The position numbers were made by a program, and so were the translations under genes. From positions 124,001 to 188,000 of the forward strand of contig NW_021832565.1 in the NCBI RefSeq assembly GCF_006345805.1: a stretch of 64,000 bases of DNA, in the 5' to 3' direction. Positions 25,100-35,768 of the stretch are shown here, in pieces. Source of the DNA: Octopus sinensis. Its lineage: Eukaryota. Positions within the stretch are counted from its first letter, which is position 1, and the number at the start of each line of letters is the position of its first letter. The notes beneath the pieces are model-generated. The model had not been told where the DNA came from. It saw only the letters and a program-made list of their open reading frames with translations, and ran no database searches.

Positions 25100-26457
25100 A
25101 CAGAGTCTTAATTACAAATATCAACATAAATGGCATTGCTTGATTCCCACATAGCTTGTTATCTGACCATTCTCTGAAATGAGATAAAATTTCACCATGA
25201 CCAACTGAAAACTTTATTCTTGCTTTATCAGTTTTACATAGCATGGCTACAGCTAAATAAAACATCTGGTATGGAAATGATGTTACACCTAGTACTGCTC
25301 TTGTCAAACTCACAGTTGCACTGATGCACAAAATTCCAGTTAAACCTGATTTTTGAAAGGACAAGTAGCAACATATTTACATGTTATATATTGATACCCA
25401 AATGATACCCATATTAGGAATCTATGCTAAAGGCAACCACTGTCTTTTATAGATTTCTACCTAATTGATTTTAATAAATACTAAACCAACAAGTTTCCCT
25501 TAAATACATTCTGAATCCTACAACTAGGCATGTGCTAAGATTCGAACTTAAAATTTACATAACTGGTCAGTATATAGATTTAATTTTACTTTATTTGATC
25601 TCATTTTTAATTACTTTAAGATTAGTCATTTTTCTATTGCTTCCACAATGAAATATTTTCATTATTGAGTATATAATAATACTTAAATTCACTTTTGTAG
25701 GAATGTCTATGAGAGAAGAGTACTGTAACTTGTACAACATCTTCTTTGCTTCCACCCGATAGGAATCGAATAAGTAAATCATTAAATATTGAATTCAATG
25801 ACATATAAAGTCACAGGCATGTAAGACACCACATCCCCTTGATTTTAGCAATGAGGAATACTAGAATTTTCTTTTTTTTTGTAGCAACCAAATATTTAAT
25901 GTTCATGTATGGCATTATAACAGTAAAGAAACTTGCAGCTACAAGAATAGTTGGGAAAATCTTTTTAATTTATTACTACAATTTACAAGTGGAAACATGT
26001 AGTTTAGCTAAAGTAGAAGTAATTTATTACAATGAACTATCAGCAGAGAGAAAAATACAAGTAAATAACGAAATCTGACAAGGACAGTGATTTTCAGAGA
26101 AAATATCATGCATAAATGCAGTAATAAAACATGAGTAAAACAAAAGCATATTACATATTTTACATGAAATAAGTTACCAGTGTAGTTGAATATACAGTAT
26201 GAAATCATACACGAGGAACATTGGGGACACTACATGATAAAAAATTAAAACAGAAAAATAAAGAAAATTCAGTTTTGCAAAAGCAGAAACCATTTTATTG
26301 AAGAATATGATACCAAGCACTAAAACAAAATAAGACATTTCGTAAACATCAGTGATCTTTGGTAAAAACTTGAAAACATTTTCAAGCTATTTTTTCAAAG
26401 CAGTTCCTTCCAAAATTATTTATCACATATGCTGTTATCTCTAGGTTCAAATCATTA

Positions 26458-26790
26458 TCATCATATAACGTCCATTTTCCATGCTGGCATGGGTTCAATG
26501 GTATGACAGGAGCTGCACCAGGTTCCATTGTCGGTTATGGTGCAGTTTCTAGAGCTGGATGCCTTTTCTAATGCCAACCACTTTACAGAGTGTACAGGGT
26601 GCCTTTTTATGAGGCACCATCACTAGTTCTTTTTATGTAGCACCAGCACTGACAGGGTCACTGCACAACAAAAACCCCTCAACTGGGTGGGAGGAGCAAT
26701 ATCAAGGGGGTATGGTTTTTCTGCCAGTTGAGAAATTTGAGATATAAAAGGGACAGATATAGGTGTCTTGCTGTAGAGTAGATTCATGGA
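26458..26790 (-). mobile_element. Retroposon family C
   Basis: CATCATATAACGTCCATTTTCCATGCTGGCATGGG...GATGCCTTTTCTAATGCCAACC. Confidence 0.8.
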
Positions 26791-26794
26791 TATC

Positions 26795-26890
26795 CCAGAT
26801 GGAAATAACGTATTATTTTCAGTACCATCAAGAATATTACTACTCACACGTTTCTTAAAAGCTTTCACAATTATTTCCATTCTTACATTT
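26795..26890 (-). mobile_element. pogo/Tigger-like transposase C-terminal remnant (tentative)
   Basis: EIIVKAFKKRVSSNILDGTENNTLF resembles the pogo-family tail motif IVKSFKKCGISNALDGTED. Confidence 0.45.
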
Positions 26891-27049
26891 CTTAATATTT
26901 TTTACCCCATTCATACACACACATGTGGAAGAGTAGGTCACTTCACGCTTTCTAGTGGTACAAAGTCATGCTTTGAATCAACCTTCCACATGTTTCAATA
27001 TACTCACATGCAGTTTTTAAATGACTTTTTTTATACATACACATTAAAA

Positions 27050-27432
27050 GCAAAGGCATGGCTGTGTGGTAAGAAGTTTGATTCCCAACCACCTGATTCT
27101 GGGTTCAGGCCTACTATACGACACCTGGGGCAAGTGTCTTCTACTATAACCTCAGACCAACCAAAGCCTTGTTAGTGGATTTAGTAGACAAAAACTGAAA
27201 GAAGCCCGTCATGTGTATGTATGTTTATCCCCCAAAACTACTTGAGAGCATGAAAGGCGGACACTAGACATTGATGTAACTTACCAGTTTGGTAAGAGAG
27301 GCCAATAGAATAGGTACCAGGCTTAAAAAATATAAGAATGCTGTGGTTGATTCAATCGACTAAAATTCTACAAGGTGGTGCCACAGCATGGCCACAGTCT
27401 AATGACAGAAACAAATAAAAAGTAAAAGATGA
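27050..27432 (+). mobile_element. SINE family B, diverged
   Basis: GGCTGTGTGGTAAGAAGTTTG head through ACAGAAACAAATAAAAAGTAAAAG tail. Confidence 0.8.
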
Positions 27433-27791
27433 AATTGGTTCAACAGATGGCCGAGAGTGGCAGTCACTTGGTTTTTTAGTTCTCTCACCTTCAGTTTTGG
27501 GAGCCCTGAACTGATCCTAAACTAGAAGCAAAGGATGTTTTCTCCAACTGTAAATATCAACCGTAAACATAAATTTATTTCAGCCAGGCTCATTCAGCCT
27601 CTCAAATGAACATAAACAAACACATCATATGTCTTTTTTCTTGTGGCTGAGTTTTTACTTCTCAGTCCTTTTTTTTTTTTATTTTAATTAATTATTAAAA
27701 ATATGATGGTAATTTTGTGCAAATACAGAGTGCGTTTTTTCATGATCAGTGACCAATTTCTATTTTTCAGTTTATCATTATTATTATTATT

Positions 27792-27857
<66 letters not shown>

Positions 27858-27871
27858 TATTATTATTATTT

Positions 27872-28082
27872 AAGGCAGTGAGCTGGCAGAATTGTTAGCA
27901 CACTGAATGGAATGCTTGGCAGTATTTTGCCCATTGCTACATTCTGAGTTCAAGTTCTGCCGAGGTGGACTTTGCTTTACATCCTTTCAGAGTTGATAAA
28001 GTATCAGTGAAACACTGGGGTCAATGTAATCCACTAGTCTTCCCCGCAAAATTTCAGGCCTTTTGTCTTTAGCAGAAAAGAT
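27872..28082 (+). mobile_element. SINE family D inside an (ATT)n tract
   Basis: AAGGCAGTGAGCTGGCAGAATTGTTAGC...GAGTTCAAGTTC...AGAAAAG, with (ATT)n on both sides. Confidence 0.85.
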
Positions 28083-28084
28083 TA

Positions 28085-28119
<35 letters not shown>

Positions 28120-28122
<3 letters not shown>

Positions 28123-28878
28123 TAGTTTTATTTTTATAGCGTGCTTTCACTTCACTACCGAGCGCAGCTCTGTGTGCCTTGGGTATGTGCTGTGATTTGT
28201 TGTGATGCTCTGATGGTTATTGTATGGAAAGTGTTCTGTGTAGGATGTGTGCAGTGCCCAAGTCTATACCTCTATTATTTTCCTTCCATATTTTATATGT
28301 ATGTGTTGTTGTATTTTCATTTTGTGGGTAGAGCATTGCTGTGAAGTATGCGTGTAAGATAGAAATGTATTCCTCACGTGTCCATTTACGTCTTTTGGGT
28401 TTTAATTGCGGGACATGAGGTACAACGTCCGGCCCATTATTTTGACGGTCGTCATTTTCGTAGGGTACCGGTCCGTTTATTTCTGTTGTCACATTATTTC
28501 GCACGTGTAGTTTTTCGTACATTTTTTGTTGTAGGTTTAAGTACGTACCGCTCGATTGTTATTCTTGGGTTGAATAGTATCGGTGGCATTTAATTTCTTC
28601 GTAGTTCCTTTGTACATGGTGTTTGAGGTCGGGGATGATCGTGTTGTTCCACGCATGTTTACATGTGTTGTGTTAGAGGTGGAGATAATATCGAGTCAAA
28701 ATACATCATTTCGTTTCGAAAATAGTAATAAATTTCAATTCGTATTACTTACTCGGATATAGTCCAATTCTTTGTTAGTAAATCTTTGGCTCCATAGGGT
28801 GTCCTTGTTTTCGATGTTTGTGGATAGATTCGGAGCTCTGTATTTCCTTCTTACATCTTAAACGTCCCGGTGTCTTCC

Positions 28879-28880
<2 letters not shown>
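28120..28880 (-). mobile_element. Internally deleted R4/Dong-clade non-LTR retrotransposon (~760 bp)
   Basis: ORF 28217-28522 joins KRRKWTREEYISILHAYFTA...TYKIW (R4-clade N-terminal motif) to LGTAHILHRTLSIQ* (RLE-element C-terminal motif); flanked by (ATT)n on both sides; CpG-rich. Confidence 0.75.
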
Positions 28881-28914
<34 letters not shown>

Positions 28915-28945
28915 GTTATATTATTATTATTATTATTATTATCAT

Positions 28946-29490
28946 TTTATTGAGTGAGTGAGAGTGCAATGCATGCCATCAAAGTTACCCTAGGGTACAA
29001 ATATACAAGGTCCAGTATACCCATCATGAATACCCATGGGATAAGAGTACACCTGGCACATGCATCACAACCATATGTACATGACATGGTGACATTATAT
29101 CAAGATAAACAGTTCATAACCTTGCAGGTAGAGTCCAGTTTCTTCAGGTCAAGTAGCTCAACCCACTCAAAAGATCCCTGAATGAAGGTTGCTTAAGGAT
29201 GAGGAACAAAACATCCATATTTCCAAAGGTGAATTATTCAAACCCTAAATGCTATGATGTTCCCTGACTACTTCTGTACGTGATCAGAGATGCACATATC
29301 CCTAGCCACTAAGAGACATGCTCAACTGGTGAAGGTCAGGCAACTGATAAGCAAGCTTGTGGTATTGAGCAGAATATTTACTGTAGCCCATCTTTTTATA
29401 ACATGACTAAACATGTATATGATAGCACTTCCAATCAGTTACAATCAGAAGCCATGAGAACCAGTACCTGGTACTGCATCAAGGCATTTA
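28946..29490. mobile_element. Unclassified interspersed repeat between (ATT)n runs
   Basis: Sharp boundaries against (ATT)n on both sides; recalled as a common octopus repeat; no coding motif recognised. Confidence 0.5.
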
Positions 29491-29508
29491 TCATTATTAT
29501 TATTATCA

Positions 29509-29830
29509 TTATCATTGTGGCATGTGAACAAAACATTTGAGCGAGGTCATTGCCAGTGCCGCTGGACTGACTCCTGTGCAGGTGGCATGGGGAAAGCACC
29601 ATTTCAAGTGTGGCTGTTGCCAGTGCCACCAGACTGGTCCTTGTGCAGGTGGCATGTAAAAGCACCCACTACACTCTTGGAGTGGTTGGCATTAGGAAGG
29701 GCATCCAGCTGTAGAAACTCTGCCAGATCAGATTGGAGCCTGGCGCAGCCATCTGGTTTGCCACTCCTCAGTAAATCGTCCAACCCATGCTAGCATGGAA
29801 AGTGGGCGTTAAAGGATGATGATGATGATT
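29509..29830 (+). mobile_element. Retroposon family C
   Basis: ...GGCATTAGGAAGGGCATCCAGCTGTAG...CCATGCTAGCATGGAAAGTGGGCGTTAAAGGATGATGATGAT. Confidence 0.85.
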
Positions 29831-31089
29831 TTGTTGCTATGGCTGTTGCAGCATATTTTTGGCATTTATACTCTTGCTAGATGGTGCATTGAACATTATT
29901 GGAACTTCAGACATCTCTGATATAAACCTCACCTTTACAGGAATCAGTAACATTCGCCTTCTGTCTCAACAAACCTGGAATCTCTGAATCATCAGCACCA
30001 TCATTATTGAAGTCCAAAAACTCATCACTGTTAATAAATCTTATCATTGTCTTCAAATAGTGCAATCAAGGCATTACTAATTGCCCATTAAGGAATTAGT
30101 AATACCCTTGATTTACTAATTAGTAATAATAATTAGTAATTCTCCTTATTTCTTCCCCTCAGTTATCATTTTTGTACAAATACATTTCCCTGTATTTTTC
30201 TCCTTTTCCGTATTTTAACTCCTCCTCCTCCTCCTCCTCCATTCTCACCCTTCCTCCTCTCCCACCCTTCCTCCTCAAGTTCCAATCAGCATGGGATTGG
30301 ACATGTAAGATCATGCTTATTTATTTACTTTTTTTTTCAACAGGCTGTCACTGTTGTTTCTGCTTCCACCATTTCTTTATCATTTTTGCATTAGGTAGTG
30401 TCCTAAAACCTTTCATTGTCACTCTGTTACTGTGTTCTTTAACAGAATTTACCACTTTTAGTTTGTAGATAAAGGTATAGCTAAATGGCCCTCAAGCATT
30501 TTTGCCTACAGGACCTTTTCTTTTCAGGAATTTCAACCATGTTTCGTGGTCCGCTACCACAACAGCTCCTTTATAGGATCCAGTTTGCTCAAGACATCAT
30601 CAGGAGGAACCATGTTCGGTTTCGGCCCCTACTCCTCCACCGTTTTGACATGGCAGGGCCCACCCCTTTTCGGAGGTATCTTCAGCTCTGGTGTTGGGTG
30701 CATGTCTTCTTTTTTCTTCTTTCTTCTGTTCCCTGGCCTCTTCGATGAAACACGGTTGAAATTCCTTTCTTCTATTCAGCTGGACCATCTTAGCCATTTG
30801 ATTTTTAAAAATCTTAATATATTTTTATAATTAAATATTATTAGAAACTGTATTTTTAAAAATTCTTAAAATATTTTATGTATTGTAGAAGTAAAAGGGT
30901 AAAGGGTAAAGACCCCCTTCAGTCACGAATGACCATGGGATTGCACCTAGAAAGTTCCTCTCTGAGGCACAAGTCTGGACAACTGGACAAGGTTGTTTAT
31001 GGAAGAACAGCAGCTGTCCATGCATACCAGCCTCCCTCCTCCACATCACCGGTGGCATGTAAACAGCACCAACCAATCTTGGCCATTGC

Positions 31090-31300
31090 CAGCCTTCCCT
31101 GGCATCTATGCCCGTGGCACATAAAAAGCACCCACTACACTCACAGAGTGGTTGGCATTAGGAAAGGCATCCAGCTAAAAAAACACTGCCAGATCAGACT
31201 GGAGCCTGGTGCAGCCTCCTGGCTTCCAAGATCCCGGTCAAACTGTCCAACCCATGCTAGCATAGAAAACGGACGTTAAACGATGATGATGATGATGATG
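31090..31300 (+). mobile_element. Retroposon family C, 3' part (family A tail fragment just upstream at ~30896-31050)
   Basis: Same 3' body and (GAT)n tail. Confidence 0.8.
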
Positions 31301-31499
31301 AATATGCATATATGAGCTCGGAAACCATTACTGCTTAACTGATATCATCTCATGTTTTCCTTGTTTGCAGGGAATCCAAGGCCAACTTATCTAATGAGTG
31401 CATTTAGAAAGTGTTGCATATTTTGAGGGAGATTTAGCTACTATTTACTAACAGGCCAAACATCCACAGAGAAGCTCTCTTTTATAGAAATAATAAGAA

Positions 31500-32660
31500 C
31501 GAGTTGGGATTATAGTAGCAGTAGTAGATATACTAATAATGGTTATTCCTGGTACCTGTAGCAATGGTGCAAGACTAGGTGTTGCAATGGCAACAAACAA
31601 CAACTCAATAAAGGTGGTAGTAACCAGTGATGCCAGGGGTTACGATGGAGATGCACACGACGGCATGATGGCACAATGGTGGTGACAGTAGCTAGTGGAA
31701 CTGGAGGTTGTAGTGGAAATGTATACAAAGGGGTTTGTAGTGGCTAATGGTGAAAATGTATGACTGTAAGGGCTACAATGACAAGGAATACAATAGCAGT
31801 GTTGTACTTGATGGTTGTAGTGGTAATAGTACTTGCGGTTGCAGTGTCTAGAGAGGTGGCGATGGGATTAGTAACATCAGCAATGGTAAGGAATGGTAGT
31901 GTTGGTGGTGGTGGTGGTGGTGGTGATGGCGATGATGGTAATGGTGGTGGTGTTAGTATTCCTGGTGTTAGTATAGCTGTTTTTGATGGTGCCGTTAATT
32001 AGTGGCCACAGAGGTAGCGATGGTGGTGGTGGTGGTGGTGGTGGTGGTAGTGGTGGCGATGGTGGTGGTGGTAATGGTGATTCTTGCTGTTTTATCATAA
32101 CTACTGTTTGATGATCACAAGTAATGATGGTGGTGGTAGGAGGTGTTAGCTGAAAAATAAATAGTGATGCTGTTGGTGCTAGCAGATAAATGGTAAGATT
32201 GGTGGTAGGCAGCAGAGGCAGTGATGTTGGTGATGGTGATAATAATATTCATATTATGTTTGTTGTGATAACTAATGTTTGCTGGTTGTAGTGAAGATGT
32301 TAGCAGGTGATGGCGATGACGGTGTCGATGTGGGGTTGAAGAAGGTGCCGGTGTTAGCAGCTGATGGTGGTGGTCATGGAAAGGTTGGGGTTTGTGGTGT
32401 TGCTGATGTGTTTGTTGCAAAACTAATGTCTGGTGGGGAGCTGTAGATGAGGTTAGTAAGAGTGGTATTCTAATTGAAAATATCAAAGTGATGAAAGATG
32501 AAATGGAATCAGATGCAAAACAAAGCAGGGCAAAGAAAGATTGGCTATTATTGTTTCTGTTATTGTTGTTGTTGTGGCTGTATGTAGCAATGTTGTTGTT
32601 GTTGTTTTTGGTAGGAATGGTGATGGTAGGGCGAGAATGGTTGCTTTTGTTTTCCCTATG
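31500..32660. repeat. Cryptic (GGT)/(GTT)/(GAT)-rich low-complexity region
   Basis: Direct reading; source of the Thr/Pro/His/Val-rich ORFs. Confidence 0.8.
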
Positions 32661-32893
32661 TATCTCTGAATTTTCCAAAACACCATTATAAAGCTAGACA
32701 GCAGAGTTGTACCTAATTCTCAAGTTAATGTGACTTTGTGGACAAATCTTACAGCTGCCCATCCCATTGTTGTCCTCTTCACACTTAGACACTGTGCTAA
32801 CTCAAATGACTGATGTTTCCTCAACAACAACAACAACAACAACAACAACTGCTACAATAGCAATTCTTTCCCATCTTTCCAATGAAAGCAGCA

Positions 32894-32931
<38 letters not shown>

Positions 32932-33204
32932 AAGAAAGACAGAAAGAGAGAGAGAGAGAGTGAGATAGAGGTGTTGTCAGGGTACAAAATATCACAATAC
33001 GATGACCAGTAGACAAAAAAAAAATCTAGTTAAATATTTATGAAATGTATAATTTCTTGCATAATTCTCGCTAACAATCAATGCAAAGCAAACTCGCTAA
33101 AGTTTTGCACTACATAATAATAATTTCATTAAGATAATCAGATAACATTATTTTGCTGAAGGAAAAAAAAATTATTGCACTTAGTTAAAGAAATAATGTT
33201 GGTA

Positions 33205-33424
33205 TCTTTCTTTTACTCCCTTTTATTTGTTTCACTCATTTGACTGCAGCCATGCTGGAGCACTGCCTTTAGTTGAGCAAATCGACCCCAGGACTTATTC
33301 TTTGCAAGCCAAGTACTTATTCTATCGGTCTCTTTTGCTGAACTGCTAAGTTACAGGGACGTAAGCACACCAGCATCGGTTGTCAAGTGATGTTGGGGTG
33401 TGAAACACAAACACACTAACATAC

Positions 33425-33500
<76 letters not shown>

Positions 33501-33655
33501 CAAAGGGCTTCTTTCAGTTTCCATCTACCAAATCCACTCACAAGGCTTTCGTCAACCTGGGACTATAGTAGAAGACACTTGCCCAAGGTGCCACGCTGTG
33601 GAACTGAACCCAGAACCATGTGGTTGGTAAGCAAGCTACTTACCACACAGCCACT
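33205..33655 (-). mobile_element. SINE family B, full length
   Basis: Matches 7243-7680. Confidence 0.9.
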
Positions 33656-34215
33656 GGCCGTATTTTGTTTGACTGTTCATCCTTGTCCATTGTCTTCAAT
33701 CACACTCTGTATTGTTTTACGTGTTTTGTTTGTTTTGTTTGTTTTGTTTGCCCTTATCCTAGTTATCCACAAAAACATTTTTTGCAGGCACCTCCAATTG
33801 GGAAGCTCCCAGTCTTATCATTAAAGGTACAGAACTGAACAGTACCACTTAATCGATACTGATGAAGAATTACGGATCTTCTGTTTTTATCACATTCGTT
33901 TTTACATTCAATATATGTTACATCATTTGTTTATACATTTTTTCATTTATATATATATACATGTGTGGTGTGTGTCAGTTCAAAATAAATGAACAATAAA
34001 ATTAACACACAACGCACAAGGGAACATGCACAAGGAATGTATCAGTTGATGCTCAGTAAAAGGAGAGAGTTTTTGACGTTTCAAGCATATCTCTTTATAT
34101 ACAACAGGATTCTTATAGTTTCTCTCTACCAAATCCAGTCACAAAGCTTTGGTTGGCTTGTGACTATGGTAGAAGACACCTGCCCAAGAAACCACACAAT
34201 AGGACTGAACTTGGA

Positions 34216-34520
34216 ACTACGTTGTTGTTCCTTCTCGAGCCATGCCTGGGTCATAAGGGCTGTTTTCCCAGTTTCCTTGGCATATAGGTTCCCCACCTGG
34301 ACGGGATGCCAGTCCATCGCAGGGGAGCTGCAAGATGCAGGAGGAAAAAGTGAGAGAAAGTTGTGGCAAAAGAGTCAGTAGAATTTTGCCATTACCTTCT
34401 ACCAGAGCCACATGGAGCTTAGGTGTTTTGCTCATAAACACACACATCACCCGGTCAGATTCGAACCCGCGATCCCTCGACCACGAGTCCACTGCTCTAA
34501 CCACTAGGCCATGTGCCTCC
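34216..34520 (-). mobile_element. SINE family A variant nested in the head of a family B SINE (34110-34570)
   Basis: Minus-strand GTGGAGGCACATGGCCTAGTGGTTAGAGCAGTGGACTCGTGGTCGAGGGATCGCGGGTTCGAATCTG is a clear tRNA-like head; family B sequence resumes on both sides. Confidence 0.85.
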
Positions 34521-34764
34521 ACAAACCATGTTGTTGGAAAACAAACTTCTAATCATACAGCCACTTCTGCATCTATAGTTAACTTTCATTAGTAGGAATG
34601 ATAAAAGGGAAAATTTTATTGAATGAAAATAAAAGTTTCAAACTGTTTAAGCTTCCAAACATTGTATATTTCTTTCTGGAATAATTATGTATAGGGTTTG
34701 TCGAATGACATTTGTCTCAATTGCAACCAACATTTATCAGAAATCTGCATATTTTTACTTCCTG

Positions 34765-34990
34765 TGATGGAGTAAGCTGACAGAGTTGATAGCATTCCAG
34801 GCAAAATGATTAGTGACATTACATCTGTATTTATGTTATGAGTTCAAATTCCACTGAAGCCAACTTTGGCTTTCATCTTTCCAGGGTCAATACAATAAGT
34901 GCCAGTTAAGTACTGGAGTTTATGTAATTGTCTAGATCCCTTTCCCCAAAAATTTCAGACTTTGTGCCTATAGCAGACAGGGTTATTACT
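34765..34990 (+). mobile_element. SINE family D
   Basis: GAGTTCAAATTCC, TTTGGCTTTCATC, ATAAGTGCCAGTTAAGTACTGG, CCCCAAAAATTTCAG. Confidence 0.8.
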
Positions 34991-35768
34991 TCTTATATTC
35001 AACCAAGAAGTGGCAGAGGTAACTTTTTTTTTCAAATGTATGTTGGTTTAGTGGTTTCCCCCTTAAGATTTAGGGAACATGTCATTAACTTTAACTTATG
35101 TCTCCTTTGAATTATTGATGTGAAGACATATAAATAATTTAAAGTGATAACATATTTAACTGCTTGTTCATAGATCATGGGATCTAATCTCAGTACACTT
35201 AGTACTTAATTTTCTTTTGAGCGGAACTTGACTGTTAAGCATACTCATCTGACGATGTTATCTGTTATAGATCTGTAACAATGCCTAGACTATACTTCAG
35301 TGATGATATCTAAACAAGGCAAAATATGCTTGAAATTGTCATTGTAGTCTTAAGGCTCAAACTCATTCATTATTGCATTCCATATTTAATTAATTATAAT
35401 TTACTTTTCAGGCTTGTCTATCTCTGATTTCCCTCTTTCCTCAAACTAGTCATTAAAATGCTAAGTGATCTCATCTCTAAAGATGTAATTATAACAAAAA
35501 TATCTTGAGCTTATTATAGCAAGTATGCTTTCATTTACTTTACTGTTAACTTTTCAAGCAGAAGACAACCCTATTTGTTTAACTTTGTCATTCTTTTATC
35601 TGAACTATACTTGCATCCTTTTCTTAAGAGAAATCATTATACATATTCTACAGAACAAAACATCATGTAATAAGAAATTAAAATGAGAAAAGAAATTATC
35701 TCCTGAACATCATTAGCTTACAGCTGTTTCTGCTATAGGATGCAGTACACTGTGTATATATGTGTGTG

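Noticed and set aside
24990-25364. 124-aa minus-strand ORF as a single-exon gene
   Set aside because: Its 3' third runs through the TTAA MITE; only the 32-nt segment with splice sites was kept as a candidate.
32115-32691. 187-aa and TM-like ORFs
   Set aside because: Built from (GGT)/(GTT) cryptic repeats; hydrophobic runs come from (TTG)n.
35298-35430. Possible C/D-box snoRNA (GTGATGA ... CTGA)
   Set aside because: No terminal stem or recognisable rRNA antisense element; both motifs are common by chance.
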